A stretch of DNA of 30,143 nt from a virus (lineage: Duplodnaviria > Caudoviricetes). Every line of letters begins with the position of its first letter. Positions within the stretch are counted from its first letter, which is position 1. A model generated the notes under the pieces. The model worked only from the letters and a program-made list of their open reading frames with translations. It was not told where the DNA came from and ran no database searches. Below, piece after piece: positions 1-9,824 of this stretch. The position numbers and the translations under genes were made by a program. The stretch spans positions 1-30,143 of IMG/VR virus record IMGVR_UViG_3300006789_000101; one strand, written 5' to 3'.

Positions 1-129
1 AACAAGTTTAGCGTCTTCGAACTTTAGCTCAACCTCTTCGGGAGCTGATTCGGTTACTTTTTCCTCCTCTGTGAAGAGAAGTTTCTTAATCTCAGGGAGT
101 CTCCCTGATACGAGTTCAGAAATATTCAT
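1..129 (-). CDS. Partial CDS (5' end), probable capsid scaffolding protein
   Basis: ATG at 129 reads MNISELVSGRLPEIKKLLFTEEEKVTESAPEEVELKFEDAKLV, open to the window edge; acidic; follows the XkdF-like protease and a putative late promoter. Confidence 0.6.
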   Translation of the reverse strand, partial: MNISELVSGRLPEIKKLLFTEEEKVTESAPEEVELKFEDAKLV

Positions 130-148
130 ACGATAGAGTCTTTACTCA

Positions 149-176
149 TATATAGAGCAGAATCTATTTCGTGCCA
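149..176 (-). promoter_or_regulatory. Putative phage late promoter
   Basis: TGGCACGAAA-N11-CTATATA; same first box and spacing as the element at 29184-29215. Confidence 0.5.
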
Positions 177-177
177 C

Positions 178-750
178 TTACCCCACAATCTCCGATACGA
201 TAGCCTCGATGAGCTCCTTGTCCATCGTGAGCTCCTTATCCTCTTCGAACAAGCCCTCTACAGAGAAGCCCTTAAAATCACCCGACTTGACTTGCTCCCA
301 TATATCATCGTTCTCAACCTTGAATGAGCCGAACCAAGAGCCCTCAGTCAGTTCCTCATATCCTCTCGGAGTTTTCTTGCGGTCATCAATAATGAAAGAC
401 TCAAACATGAATACACCATCTACGGCAGTCTCATGCATCTCATTAACTGAATTAGTCCTCCCCTCTTTCATGTACTTGTAGACTATCTTACGAATGGTCT
501 CAGGGTTGAATACCACGTAGTATTCGTTATCCTCAGAATCGCGTCTGTATATCGGGAGGTCAGCTATCATTAGAGGACCGGAAATAACCCTCTTCTCTTC
601 GTTCGTTATCTCAAAGGTATAAGCCTTAGGCTGCTTAGAGAACGCCATCCAATTTCGCTCTATGGCTGGTTCGTCCACCAAAGCAATGCTATCTACTCCA
701 GCCTCTTCGTTATCATCTATCGTTAAGTATATTACGGGTAACTTGTTCAT
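178..750 (-). CDS. XkdF-like putative prohead (serine) protease
   Basis: IALVDEPAIE, ISGPLMIAD, IYR, NEMH, FESFII, GSWF, W..VKSGDFKGFSVEG motifs typical of phage XkdF-like proteases. Confidence 0.8.
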   Translation of the reverse strand: MNKLPVIYLTIDDNEEAGVDSIALVDEPAIERNWMAFSKQPKAYTFEITNEEKRVISGPLMIADLPIYRRDSEDNEYYVVFNPETIRKIVYKYMKEGRTNSVNEMHETAVDGVFMFESFIIDDRKKTPRGYEELTEGSWFGSFKVENDDIWEQVKSGDFKGFSVEGLFEEDKELTMDKELIEAIVSEIVG

Positions 751-2576
751 CCTCCAAAGTTTGCTTGTGATTCTATCTGATTTACATTATTCTGATTGCC
801 CGTCATCTCGGTCTCTACTACATAAGCTTGAATAGGTGCTAATTGAGCTTGTTCCGAACCAGCTAACTCAGTCGTAGCCGTAGATGCAGCTGCCATGCTT
901 GGAGCTGATGCTGATGATGGAGCTTGTACATTCATAGGTGGAGCTGGCGGTCCCTCAGCTTGATTCAATATAGCTGAGGCTGATGCGATAGCTCCTACTA
1001 CAGTTCCTACTGCTACTGCTATGTTAGCTATCATATCCCACGGAGAACCAGAAGATTGTACCGCATTCTTTATAGCCGCGGCTGTAGCAATAGCCGCATT
1101 GATAGCTATCTCTCCTACCGCAAGAGCCTTAGCGAACGCTTGATTCTCCATACCAGCTTGTTGCATTGCTGAGCTGATAGCTCCGAGAGCTCCAGCCACT
1201 CCCTTAGCAGCTCCTACCTTAGCCTTGTCTACTTTATCTTGCTCCTTAGCTATCTTATCAGCGTGAGCCTTCTCTTCCTTCTCATCCTCCTTATTCCATT
1301 TCTCATTCAGCTCTGCCAATCTGACTCTCTTCTCTTCCTCTAAGTCAACAGTTTGGTCGTTAGCGAGTCTCTTCATCTCTGCGAGTCTCTCCATCTCAAC
1401 GAGCAGCTCCTCCATCTCTACCTCACGCTCAGTCTTACCGAGAAGCCTCAGCTCTTGCTGGAAGTCGAATAGTTCTTTTTCAAGAGCTTTCTCATTAGTC
1501 ATCTGCTCGGACTTCTGACCCGTTATCCTCTCATCTACATCAACCAGCTCTTTCTTAGCTAATATGAGAGCCTTGAGTCTCTCTGTATTCTCCCCGTAAG
1601 CATCTATCTGAGCCTGAGCTGAGTCTACTGCTACCTGAGCAATAGCACGTTCATTCTCCGCTTGTTCGTTGAGTATCTCTCCGAGCTTTGTATTAGCCTC
1701 AATTCTCTCCCGAATGGTTTTGCTGATATCATCCCGTATCTGTCTCTGTATCTCAGCCTCTTCTTGTGTAGCTAACATTTGGAGCTGCATCTGAGCCTCT
1801 GCTAACTCAGCTGCGTTCCTGAGTTCAACGATTTTCGTGGCAGTATCTACCGCTTCGGTTACGGTTTCCTTAACCGTTTCTACTACTGCTTGAACTCCAT
1901 TAACAACAGTCTCTACTACCTTCTGAGCTTCCTCCGCAGCCTTAGCTTGATGCTTCAATACTTCCTCTTGTCGCTTAGCTATCTCTGCTTGTATTTCAGC
2001 TGCTTCCTCAGTATCTCCCGTTAGCTCGTTCCACTTTAGTCTTACCGAATCTATGCTGTTGACAATCTCTTTCCAAGTACCGAGAAACTTATTAACGATA
2101 AAGCTGGTTAAGGACGAGAAGAAATCTTGTACGGGCTTCGTAGCCTCAACGAAGTCATCTAACGCCTCCTGAGGTTCTGTGAATAGCTTGATAAGGAATT
2201 TAGCTAAGGGCATAACCGCCTCATTTAATACCTTGGTAAGTATTATCTGTACGGACTCGAAAGCTATTGCGAAAGCATTAGCTGCTTCTTGATTATTACT
2301 CACTACGCCTTTGAGCATCTCGAATGCTTTCTGTAGTAGTATTAGTAGCCCTCCCATCGATAGGGCAGTCTTAAGGACTGAGCCGAATTTCTTTACTCCT
2401 CCACTTGCTGCCTTGGCTCCTTTCCCAGCTGCCTCGAATCCTCCAGCCATCTGTTCTTTCATAGCCTCAGCTTCCTCCTGAGTTCTGAACATAGCTGACT
2501 CGAGAGCTTCGAGCCTCTTAATGGCATCTCCTGACTCTACATCAACATCAATTACTACTTTCTTATCCTCTGCCAT
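747..2576 (-). CDS. Tail tape measure protein
   Basis: 609 aa, Ala/Glu/Lys-rich coiled coil with hydrophobic Ala/Gly stretches; C-terminal IQAYVVETEMT motif; ends the tail module. Confidence 0.7.
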   Translation of the reverse strand: MAEDKKVVIDVDVESGDAIKRLEALESAMFRTQEEAEAMKEQMAGGFEAAGKGAKAASGGVKKFGSVLKTALSMGGLLILLQKAFEMLKGVVSNNQEAANAFAIAFESVQIILTKVLNEAVMPLAKFLIKLFTEPQEALDDFVEATKPVQDFFSSLTSFIVNKFLGTWKEIVNSIDSVRLKWNELTGDTEEAAEIQAEIAKRQEEVLKHQAKAAEEAQKVVETVVNGVQAVVETVKETVTEAVDTATKIVELRNAAELAEAQMQLQMLATQEEAEIQRQIRDDISKTIRERIEANTKLGEILNEQAENERAIAQVAVDSAQAQIDAYGENTERLKALILAKKELVDVDERITGQKSEQMTNEKALEKELFDFQQELRLLGKTEREVEMEELLVEMERLAEMKRLANDQTVDLEEEKRVRLAELNEKWNKEDEKEEKAHADKIAKEQDKVDKAKVGAAKGVAGALGAISSAMQQAGMENQAFAKALAVGEIAINAAIATAAAIKNAVQSSGSPWDMIANIAVAVGTVVGAIASASAILNQAEGPPAPPMNVQAPSSASAPSMAAASTATTELAGSEQAQLAPIQAYVVETEMTGNQNNVNQIESQANFGG

Positions 2577-3151
2577 TATACGGGAATCAATCGATAAGTA
2601 ACGTGTAGTTCTATCTCATCTCCTCCAGCCGTAGGGTCGCCCGTTTCAATCGTAGCGGTTAAGTCTTTATTCTCTATCAGTTGAGTATCTGTTGCTGAAG
2701 TTGCTTGTACTGCTGACATCTTCCAAAACGCTGGAACGGTTGTTAGTAGAATCTTGCCATTATCGAATTGAGCATCTGTTGCCGTATCGGTCAATAGTTG
2801 CAAGTTCAGATTTGTTGCATAAGGAACGAACCGCGATTGATTTCGAACGCTTGCGGAAATAACCTCTATTGCGTAACCGCTAACCGCGCCAACCAAAGTG
2901 ATAGGAGTAGTGTTCAAGGCTAAGACTTGAGCCTTTGTTAGAACGACCTTTACCGAGCCGCCTAAGCAACTTACTCCGTTATCGTCTCTGCTCCAAAGAA
3001 CCCCGTCAGCTTGGTTATAAAATAGTTCGCCCTTGTAGATATCCGTAGCTATCCAAGTGCCATCAGTATGGTCGCTGGAGCTTGGTATTGTAGGTACGGT
3101 AGATGATACCGTTGACCGTTTAATTTTGATTCTTGAGTCTTGTGTTGCCAT
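2576..3151 (-). CDS. Tail-associated structural protein (Mtd-N-like N-terminus)
   Basis: RIKIKRS..VP...GELFYNQADG motif seen at the start of tail fibre/adhesin proteins; beta-rich C-terminus. Confidence 0.55.
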   Translation of the reverse strand: MATQDSRIKIKRSTVSSTVPTIPSSSDHTDGTWIATDIYKGELFYNQADGVLWSRDDNGVSCLGGSVKVVLTKAQVLALNTTPITLVGAVSGYAIEVISASVRNQSRFVPYATNLNLQLLTDTATDAQFDNGKILLTTVPAFWKMSAVQATSATDTQLIENKDLTATIETGDPTAGGDEIELHVTYRLIPV

Positions 3152-5850
3152 TAGTTTTGTCCTCCCTCTATTAAGTAAATAGCACTATCGCTGAATTGTG
3201 TCTGAACGATATTTTGACCTCCATCAATAGTGAAGATATTAGTACCTCCGTTCAGAGCTCTAACGGTATCCTCTCCTCCCTCTATTATGTCGCGGTTCTC
3301 TTGCTCCTTTCCATTCACGAATGTCGTATTGCTCTGAGATACTTTTGCTCCGCTTGTATTGATTAGCTGGACATTATGAAGTCCTCCGTTGACCTGATTG
3401 TTATCTCCTGAGATATTGATATTCGTAGAGCCGTTTCCGATAAAATTATCATCTCCGTTAATTACGAATTTTGATGACCCAGCTCCTACCCGATTATTCT
3501 TGCCACGAACTGAACCAGCGAAATCAGGGAAGATATTACCTGAGCGTTTAAGCTGCTTGACATTGGGAGCTTTTACCTTTGTGAGAGAATCGGTGATATT
3601 AGCCGTTCTACCGAGCGTATAATCTTCTTTGGAGAAAGTGGTAGGCTCTTTGATTTTAATGAGCTCAGCCTTTGTTAAACCCTCCTTAAACGGATTGTAG
3701 TTCATTATCTTATTGAGCCTCCAATAAGAATTGTCTATTATGATTTGGTCTCTGAAGTCGAGCGTATTGATATCCTGAGGCTCAAGATAGAAATGAGCCG
3801 TCATTACTTTCGAATCCTTATCTGTTATCTCAAGAAAGTAATTCCTATGGTAGTTATTGAACAGATTAGCATTAGTGATTTGAAGAGTTCCCGTATTAGC
3901 GTTAGCCTGATACCTCAGCTCTCGGGTTACTCCGAAATTGATATCCAGCGTAGGAGTTAGAGGGTTATCCCAATGCCCAGCATAGGGATAGAAATATTGT
4001 TGAACATTTACGGTAAGTGGAGGTTGATTATTTGGTTGAGCTTGCCTATACTGAAACATCCATGATGGACTGCTTGGCAATAGACCTCCCCAATATAGGA
4101 TACGAATATTATGCTCAGTCTGCTGGATGCCATCCTCTAAGTCCTCGTTATATATCCTCCCTACTATTCTATTGCTATCTCTATCGTTAACCAATACGGT
4201 AGGAGAGAACTCTATCTCTACCTCCTTATCTGATGTCAGGAAATCGTTATCTACTTCAATACGAGCATCACCATAAACCCTCGAGTATTTGCTCTCGTAT
4301 TTGGCGTTATCATAATCTTCGTCTGACTGATATGTATAGGTATAGAGCTTATCCGTTAATACGCCTAACGGCTCAAGACTAATACTCTTATCTCTTGCCA
4401 TCTTACGTGTCCAATCCTTAGAGCTCCCAGCTGCGTAGAAATCATCCCTTGTCTCGATAAGTAGATTGCGCTCATTATTAGGGTCTACCTCCACGAATAG
4501 GTTGAACATCTTGAAGATGGAGAGAAGCATATCCTCCATCGTGATATTCGGAATCAAACTATTCATAGGAATGGTCTGTCCTTGAACGATTCCCAGCTCA
4601 CCAGCTGCTACCTCAAATGTAGAGTTAGTATCCATAGTGCAAGATAGTTGAGCCATCCATATACCTATCTCAGTAGAATCTCCACCGATGGCTGCGTATA
4701 TCTTATCTCCAGCCTCCATCCATACATTCTCCGCACCAATACTAACCGTAGTAGTCTCGGTTGCTCCTATGGTGCCTGATGCTGGGATACCAATTAAGAT
4801 TTGACTACCCGAAACTACGTTGATTGAACCGTTAACGGTTTGAACTATGATAGCCCAATTGGTAGCCCAATCTCCCGTAACCAAGGGAACTAATGAAGCA
4901 AATCTCTCCATAGTAAACGATGCAACTACAGAAGCATTGTAAAAGCCCGAACTTGGTGCTACATAATAATCACCAGAGTTATCCCATAAGTTATTAGGGT
5001 CTATCAATCCATCAAACTGAAGATGTACCGTATCGTTGAATGGAGCGTTAGGATAGTTAGGGTAGAAGTCATCTCCCAAATTAGTTAGATTCCCGATAGC
5101 AGTACAAGCTCGATTCGCTATTTCAGTATCGCCAATTGCGAAGCCCTCATTAGTCCATGGTATGATGAGCTTCTTGAAGAACGCTGAGTCGAAGAAACTA
5201 CTACTATAAGTGAAATCTGCAAAGCTGAAGATTCGGTCAATAATATCATACAAGAATACCGCTGGTCTAAATTGCTCAACTTTCCATCCGTTAGCATTGC
5301 CTATTTGGAAAGGCTCAACTACTCCGTAATCTATCATAGGGTAGACATAGCCCGAAGTATTGCTCCAGCTGGAGGTTATTCTTCCGTAGTCCCATTGGTG
5401 ATTAAGGTCTGAGAAATCTATGTAGGGTAAGCCATTATCATCCAATCCGTTGAGCTCCTTATCTCCCAGCTCTGCGAAGATATTCAAGAGCTTCCCAACG
5501 AATACTACCTCGTAGGTATAAGCATTCTCTTGCTTGAGTATTTTACGGAGCTGCATGACTCCAGCCATGACCTCCACTCCATCAGCTATGACCCTTGCCT
5601 CAGCTTTTTTATTAGGGTTAAAATTGACACTAATATTATCGTTGTTAGCATCGTAATTATTTGAAATGTTAATATCGTAGATGTGTCCGAGAAGCTCATC
5701 GTTATTCTGAGTAGCTGGGCACTTGATAGTCTTAGAGTATTCGGTACTCCTCTTCTCAGGACTCCTGATATCTGCTATCCCATAGTTAAGGGAGAAATTG
5801 AATCCCTCAAATACATCTAATCTCCTACCCTCTATACGAACTTCAACCAC
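3151..5850 (-). CDS. Large tail tip/baseplate hub-like protein
   Basis: 899 aa; LDVF..FSLNYGIADIR, YSKTIKCP, YVYPMIDYG, FRPA, YWRLNKI motifs; C-terminal beta-helix-like GDNN and (D/E)GG repeats. Confidence 0.7.
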   Translation of the reverse strand: MVEVRIEGRRLDVFEGFNFSLNYGIADIRSPEKRSTEYSKTIKCPATQNNDELLGHIYDINISNNYDANNDNISVNFNPNKKAEARVIADGVEVMAGVMQLRKILKQENAYTYEVVFVGKLLNIFAELGDKELNGLDDNGLPYIDFSDLNHQWDYGRITSSWSNTSGYVYPMIDYGVVEPFQIGNANGWKVEQFRPAVFLYDIIDRIFSFADFTYSSSFFDSAFFKKLIIPWTNEGFAIGDTEIANRACTAIGNLTNLGDDFYPNYPNAPFNDTVHLQFDGLIDPNNLWDNSGDYYVAPSSGFYNASVVASFTMERFASLVPLVTGDWATNWAIIVQTVNGSINVVSGSQILIGIPASGTIGATETTTVSIGAENVWMEAGDKIYAAIGGDSTEIGIWMAQLSCTMDTNSTFEVAAGELGIVQGQTIPMNSLIPNITMEDMLLSIFKMFNLFVEVDPNNERNLLIETRDDFYAAGSSKDWTRKMARDKSISLEPLGVLTDKLYTYTYQSDEDYDNAKYESKYSRVYGDARIEVDNDFLTSDKEVEIEFSPTVLVNDRDSNRIVGRIYNEDLEDGIQQTEHNIRILYWGGLLPSSPSWMFQYRQAQPNNQPPLTVNVQQYFYPYAGHWDNPLTPTLDINFGVTRELRYQANANTGTLQITNANLFNNYHRNYFLEITDKDSKVMTAHFYLEPQDINTLDFRDQIIIDNSYWRLNKIMNYNPFKEGLTKAELIKIKEPTTFSKEDYTLGRTANITDSLTKVKAPNVKQLKRSGNIFPDFAGSVRGKNNRVGAGSSKFVINGDDNFIGNGSTNINISGDNNQVNGGLHNVQLINTSGAKVSQSNTTFVNGKEQENRDIIEGGEDTVRALNGGTNIFTIDGGQNIVQTQFSDSAIYLIEGGQN

Positions 5851-7141
5851 GTTGCCTTTTATTTTTAAGTGAGTATATCAGCTCGAAAGTATATTGGCAA
5901 AGCTTCTCGTTAAGAGAGGTCTGACGAACTATCCTCTTCGGGTCTATATTAACTGCTATCAGCTCGTTATTCTCCTCAATGTATAAGCTGGGGCTTGATG
6001 CTAAGTCCTCCATCCATACGCTCTCAGAATCAGTCAGGTAGTCGGTATTGATTGTTACCCGTTTCCTGAGCCCTACATTGTAATCCGTTGAGCCTTTTGA
6101 CTTCTTAGAATAGTCGTAAGTCCAGCCGTTCCAATCATGATGCTGCTGGTCGTATTTGTCCTTCTTGATATCCGTTACATTGATTGATTTTAGATAAGCA
6201 TTGAAAGCATCATAGCCTCCCAATCTATTGAGGAAGTGAACCCTTACTCCATCATACTTAGAGCATGGAGGATTGATATTGAAAGTGAACCTTTCACTTG
6301 TCTGAGCGTTAGTATTATCCTCAAGATGTATGGTATAAGATAGAGCTCCATTCAGAGCCGTAGATGGAGTAGAGCCGAGTAAGCTATCAGTCCATATACT
6401 CGGGTCGGTATTGATGATGTCCTGAGTCCCAATTGCTATCCTCTGATATATCTCACTCCAAGAGTCAGCCGTTGCTATCCCGTTAGATACCGTAGCATCA
6501 GCTATAAGAGAGCCTGAGCCATCGTATCCGTCATATACCTTAATGTTATATTGATAGGCTCCAAATCGTTCGTTAGCGATGAAGTAAAGATGGTAGCTCT
6601 GAGCTGAGTCAATACTGATGGTTCTCGGAGAGTCAGTCAGGAATCTCTTAGTAGTGGAGCTGGAGTTATTGATGATGTAATCATCGTAGTTGAAATCCAG
6701 CCACGTATCCATATCACGAACGCCATTCCAAACGCTTTTCATCTTGCTAAATAGCCAATTGTTAGTAACGTAGTATATGTCGTTGGAGTTCTTCTCCTCC
6801 TCTTGAATGAGCAGATAGTATTCCTGATGTATCTTGTTAGTCTTGAAGAATCCAGCATGAGCAGCTCCCTTGATATCTACCTCTCCCTTAATATTACTCT
6901 GCAAGAATCTTGACGGGTCAAAGAACGCTCTATCAAAATAAACCGTTCCACCATCTTCTGCTCTTGTAGGATATACTCGAACCGTTGCTATTGCTGGGTC
7001 AGTTGGAAAGGTCTCAGGGAGTACCATAATCTTGAACCTTACCGTTGGAGTATAGTTCGTGGTTTTGATAACGTAAGCGTTATCGTTGAATGCTAAGCCA
7101 TACTCGGACGGCTCTCCGTTCTGTGTTAAAAATATTGCCAT
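5843..7141 (-). CDS. Tail protein (distal-tail-like)
   Basis: FLNRLGGYDAF and INTDYL..W.EDL..SP motifs; lies upstream of the large tail protein. Confidence 0.6.
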   Translation of the reverse strand: MAIFLTQNGEPSEYGLAFNDNAYVIKTTNYTPTVRFKIMVLPETFPTDPAIATVRVYPTRAEDGGTVYFDRAFFDPSRFLQSNIKGEVDIKGAAHAGFFKTNKIHQEYYLLIQEEEKNSNDIYYVTNNWLFSKMKSVWNGVRDMDTWLDFNYDDYIINNSSSTTKRFLTDSPRTISIDSAQSYHLYFIANERFGAYQYNIKVYDGYDGSGSLIADATVSNGIATADSWSEIYQRIAIGTQDIINTDPSIWTDSLLGSTPSTALNGALSYTIHLEDNTNAQTSERFTFNINPPCSKYDGVRVHFLNRLGGYDAFNAYLKSINVTDIKKDKYDQQHHDWNGWTYDYSKKSKGSTDYNVGLRKRVTINTDYLTDSESVWMEDLASSPSLYIEENNELIAVNIDPKRIVRQTSLNEKLCQYTFELIYSLKNKRQRG

Positions 7142-7696
7142 CTAATCCTTTTTGCTATCGTTGATGAAAGTGATGATTTCAGAGAGCTTGAACTCTACCA
7201 TCTCAGCCGTAGCCGTTGCTATATCCTTGAACATCTTATTGTCCAGCTTATCTCGAGCTTCGGTTACAAATGGTCTTGCTTTATATCCCTCTCTGTGAAT
7301 CTTCTGAGCCATAGCCCATGCCACGCTCTTATACTTAGCATCAGACCACTTAGTATCTGAGCCTCCCTCGTATTTACCCTTTCCTCCTGAGGTTACTTTC
7401 TGCCTTACATTGGGAAGCCTGAGCCATTCCTCCAGCTTAGTCTTGAGCACTCCACCCTCTCCGTTCTTGGTTTCTCCTCTCCCGTAATTGATTTGCTCCC
7501 AATAAGGTTCTGCCTCTATCTTCATTACATAGGTCTTACCGAAGAGCTTTACTCTTGGTTGCTTACCTATCTTCAGACTTGCTCCGAGAGCCCCTGAGCC
7601 AACGATATCATACTTCTTAATACCTTTGCCCATCTCTGAGAGATAAGCTCTCTGATAGTCTCTGAGCGTCTTTATTACGGGGTTAGCCTCTGCCAT
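7142..7696 (-). CDS. Neck/tail completion protein (HK97 gp10-like)
   Basis: SGAL..SL, Y..QINYGR, MAQKIHREG.KARPF motifs. Confidence 0.55.
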   Translation of the reverse strand: MAEANPVIKTLRDYQRAYLSEMGKGIKKYDIVGSGALGASLKIGKQPRVKLFGKTYVMKIEAEPYWEQINYGRGETKNGEGGVLKTKLEEWLRLPNVRQKVTSGGKGKYEGGSDTKWSDAKYKSVAWAMAQKIHREGYKARPFVTEARDKLDNKMFKDIATATAEMVEFKLSEIITFINDSKKD

Positions 7697-7955
7697 TCTT
7701 TAACTGTTGTTGGTCGTAGGCTTGTTTCGCTTTCTGAAAACTGATGAGATTGAGGAACTCTCTGAGCTCAAGGTCGAAGAAATAACCCCATTTCGTAGCA
7801 TCGTTATTAGATAGGGAATTGACGGTAGCCAACCAGCCGTATTTGGTTTGATACGTTTCAGCTCTCGTATTAGAGTCCTCTCTGCTTTCTTGGTCTCGTT
7901 TACCGAAGATTCCAACATATGTTCTGCGAACCTCTTCCAATTGTCTAAAAAAAAA
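7683..7955 (-). CDS. -1 frameshift extension of the tail assembly chaperone (gpGT-like)
   Basis: -1 frame is open from the T9 run (7947-7955) to the stop at 7683: FFFRQLEEVRRTYVGIF...KYGWLATVNSLSNNDATKW...FLNLISFQK. Confidence 0.65.
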   Translation of the reverse strand, partial: FFFRQLEEVRRTYVGIFGKRDQESREDSNTRAETYQTKYGWLATVNSLSNNDATKWGYFFDLELREFLNLISFQKAKQAYDQQQLKNGRG

Positions 7956-8449
7956 CCTGATAACGGATGAATGATATCAATAGGGCATTCAAGCATCTCC
8001 TCAGCTATCTCGTTATGCTTGTTAGAATCATACTCTGTCCTCTTCCAGCCGTACCATCTCTTCTCATAAGGGATAACGAATACTGCCATGATATGATGTA
8101 GGTTATCAATAACCTTATCAGGGTTCTTTAGAAGATGCTGGAGCGTGATATACTGACCTCCACTCAGCTCGTAGATATCATGGACTACTCTATATTTCTT
8201 GCCGTTCAATTTAAACCTCCGAGTCAGAGTATTATCCATTGGCTCAGTTATAAACTTGAGAGCCTCCATGACCTTTGTATAGCTCTTGAGAGCCATCTTC
8301 TCGACATCAGCTACATCCATACCACTAACTACTGATATTATCTCAGCATTCTTAGTATAGACCGTTCCCTCATCTTCAAGCAATGCTTGAATAGCTTGAA
8401 ACTGCTTGAGCGTTACTTGACTCCAATCCTTAGGTAGTTGTATCTGCAT
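7700..8449 (-). CDS. Tail assembly chaperone (0-frame product)
   Basis: LPKDWSQVTLKQF N-terminus; internal GGT TTT TTT TTA slippery site. Confidence 0.65.
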   Translation of the reverse strand: MQIQLPKDWSQVTLKQFQAIQALLEDEGTVYTKNAEIISVVSGMDVADVEKMALKSYTKVMEALKFITEPMDNTLTRRFKLNGKKYRVVHDIYELSGGQYITLQHLLKNPDKVIDNLHHIMAVFVIPYEKRWYGWKRTEYDSNKHNEIAEEMLECPIDIIHPLSGFFLDNWKRFAEHMLESSVNETKKAERTLIRELKRIKPNTAGWLPSIPYLITMLRNGVISSTLSSESSSISSVFRKRNKPTTNNS

Positions 8450-8453
8450 CTTA

Positions 8454-8480
8454 TTAGTAAGTAGTGATTCGTGATAATTG
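8454..8480 (-). promoter_or_regulatory. Putative late promoter
   Basis: CTACTTACTAA identical to the box at 29184-29194, preceded by CACGAA; immediately upstream of the chaperone gene. Confidence 0.45.
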
Positions 8481-8484
8481 TAGT

Positions 8485-8625
8485 CTATTGTATGAGCTCT
8501 CTTATCTTGTAGATGATATATTGAGCTCCTCTCTGAATAGCTGCTACTCCGAATAGGATTGTAAATATATTAGGATGCCAATGCTCTCCACATATCCCCA
8601 ATAGATGCCTGATAAACTCTATCAT
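8485..8625 (-). CDS. Small membrane protein (46 aa), not in ORF track
   Basis: MIEFIRHLLGICGEHWHPNIFTILFGVAAIQRGAQYIIYKIRELIQ; ATGA overlap with the TerL stop; fills the intergenic gap. Confidence 0.7.
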   Translation of the reverse strand: MIEFIRHLLGICGEHWHPNIFTILFGVAAIQRGAQYIIYKIRELIQ

Positions 8626-9824
8626 CGCATAGCATATTTCCCAGCCCCGAAGTTGAGTTTCTCCATAGCCACATAGCGCAAGGCATCCAGCGCATGATTG
8701 TTAGCATCCTCAGGTATATTGATTGATTCGTTAGTCCGATGGTCTCTCTTCCAGCTATAAGCCTTGAGCTCCTTGATGATATTCATGGAGTCTTGATGAA
8801 CTATTATCTGAACGCTCTTGAGCTTATCGATTCCTGACCTGACTGAATCCGTACCTTTCTTGACTCCTCTTATTCTGAAGCCTCTCCTCCTCATCTCCTC
8901 GATGCTCTTAGGCTCAGCTGAGTCTGCTATGATTTCAGCATGTCTATCGAGCCCACATCTCCCAGCTATATCAGAGTTAGTCAGCCCCGTCTGATAGATG
9001 AGCTCTCTGACCCATAGCTTGCCCTCCTGATAGATAACCTCCACGAGAGCAGTAGGGTCATGGGTAAAGCCCCAATCAAGCCCGTAGCAAGTCCATTTCC
9101 CAGCCGTAGGGAACTCAGCCGTTTCCTCCCACCAAGTATAAATTGCGCCCTCTCTTCTCGAACGCTTTCCGAGTCCATATACTTTCCATTTATAATCATC
9201 GGCAGTACCCAGCCTGATATTCTCCTTGGTAGGCTCATAGCTGAGTATCTTATCTCTTATCGATAAAGGTAGGTAAGGATTATCCAGCTGCGTAGAGTGA
9301 ACGTATCTTACATCCTCTCTCTTGAGGACTGAATCATATATCCAATGCTCGTCTGTGCTCGGGTTATAATCTAATAAGAACTTACCTAAGCATCTTTGCT
9401 CGAGTTGGTCGAAATCGTCTTTACTTGTTTCGATAGCCTCATTCAACCAAAAATAATCACACTCAATCCCATGTAATTTCTGACTATCATCTAAACCGTA
9501 AAATTCATAAGTAGCTCCATTCAAGGAATATATCAGCTCAGTCTTATTGAACCTTTCCTCATCCCATAAGTCAAGCGATTTGCAGACCTTGATGAACGTA
9601 TCGAGAACAGTCGGCTTAATCCATGTTCTTCTGAACCTTGCGATAACAATACGCGCCTTATCTCTATGCCCGAGCGTGAGCAACGCCTGACATATACTCC
9701 ATGTCTTAGACGAACGTGAGCCACCCTCACAGACAACTCCCCTGATTCCATTATCATTAAGCCCGTTCCATACTTGGCTGAATACTCGAGTACATTCAAG
9801 GTCAATTGTTTTTCGCTGGATCAT
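8622..9824 (-). CDS. terL: Terminase large subunit (PBSX-like)
   Basis: Walker A EGGSRSSKT, Walker B FWLNEA, DYNP, nuclease GLDWGFTHDP and NHALDALRY. Confidence 0.95.
   Translation of the reverse strand: MIQRKTIDLECTRVFSQVWNGLNDNGIRGVVCEGGSRSSKTWSICQALLTLGHRDKARIVIARFRRTWIKPTVLDTFIKVCKSLDLWDEERFNKTELIYSLNGATYEFYGLDDSQKLHGIECDYFWLNEAIETSKDDFDQLEQRCLGKFLLDYNPSTDEHWIYDSVLKREDVRYVHSTQLDNPYLPLSIRDKILSYEPTKENIRLGTADDYKWKVYGLGKRSRREGAIYTWWEETAEFPTAGKWTCYGLDWGFTHDPTALVEVIYQEGKLWVRELIYQTGLTNSDIAGRCGLDRHAEIIADSAEPKSIEEMRRRGFRIRGVKKGTDSVRSGIDKLKSVQIIVHQDSMNIIKELKAYSWKRDHRTNESINIPEDANNHALDALRYVAMEKLNFGAGKYAMR

Noticed and set aside
8981-9805. Alternative-frame minus-strand ORFs inside terL (8981-9238, 9533-9805)
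   Set aside because: Fully nested in the terminase with no recognisable features; terL is intact, with no intron or intein seen.
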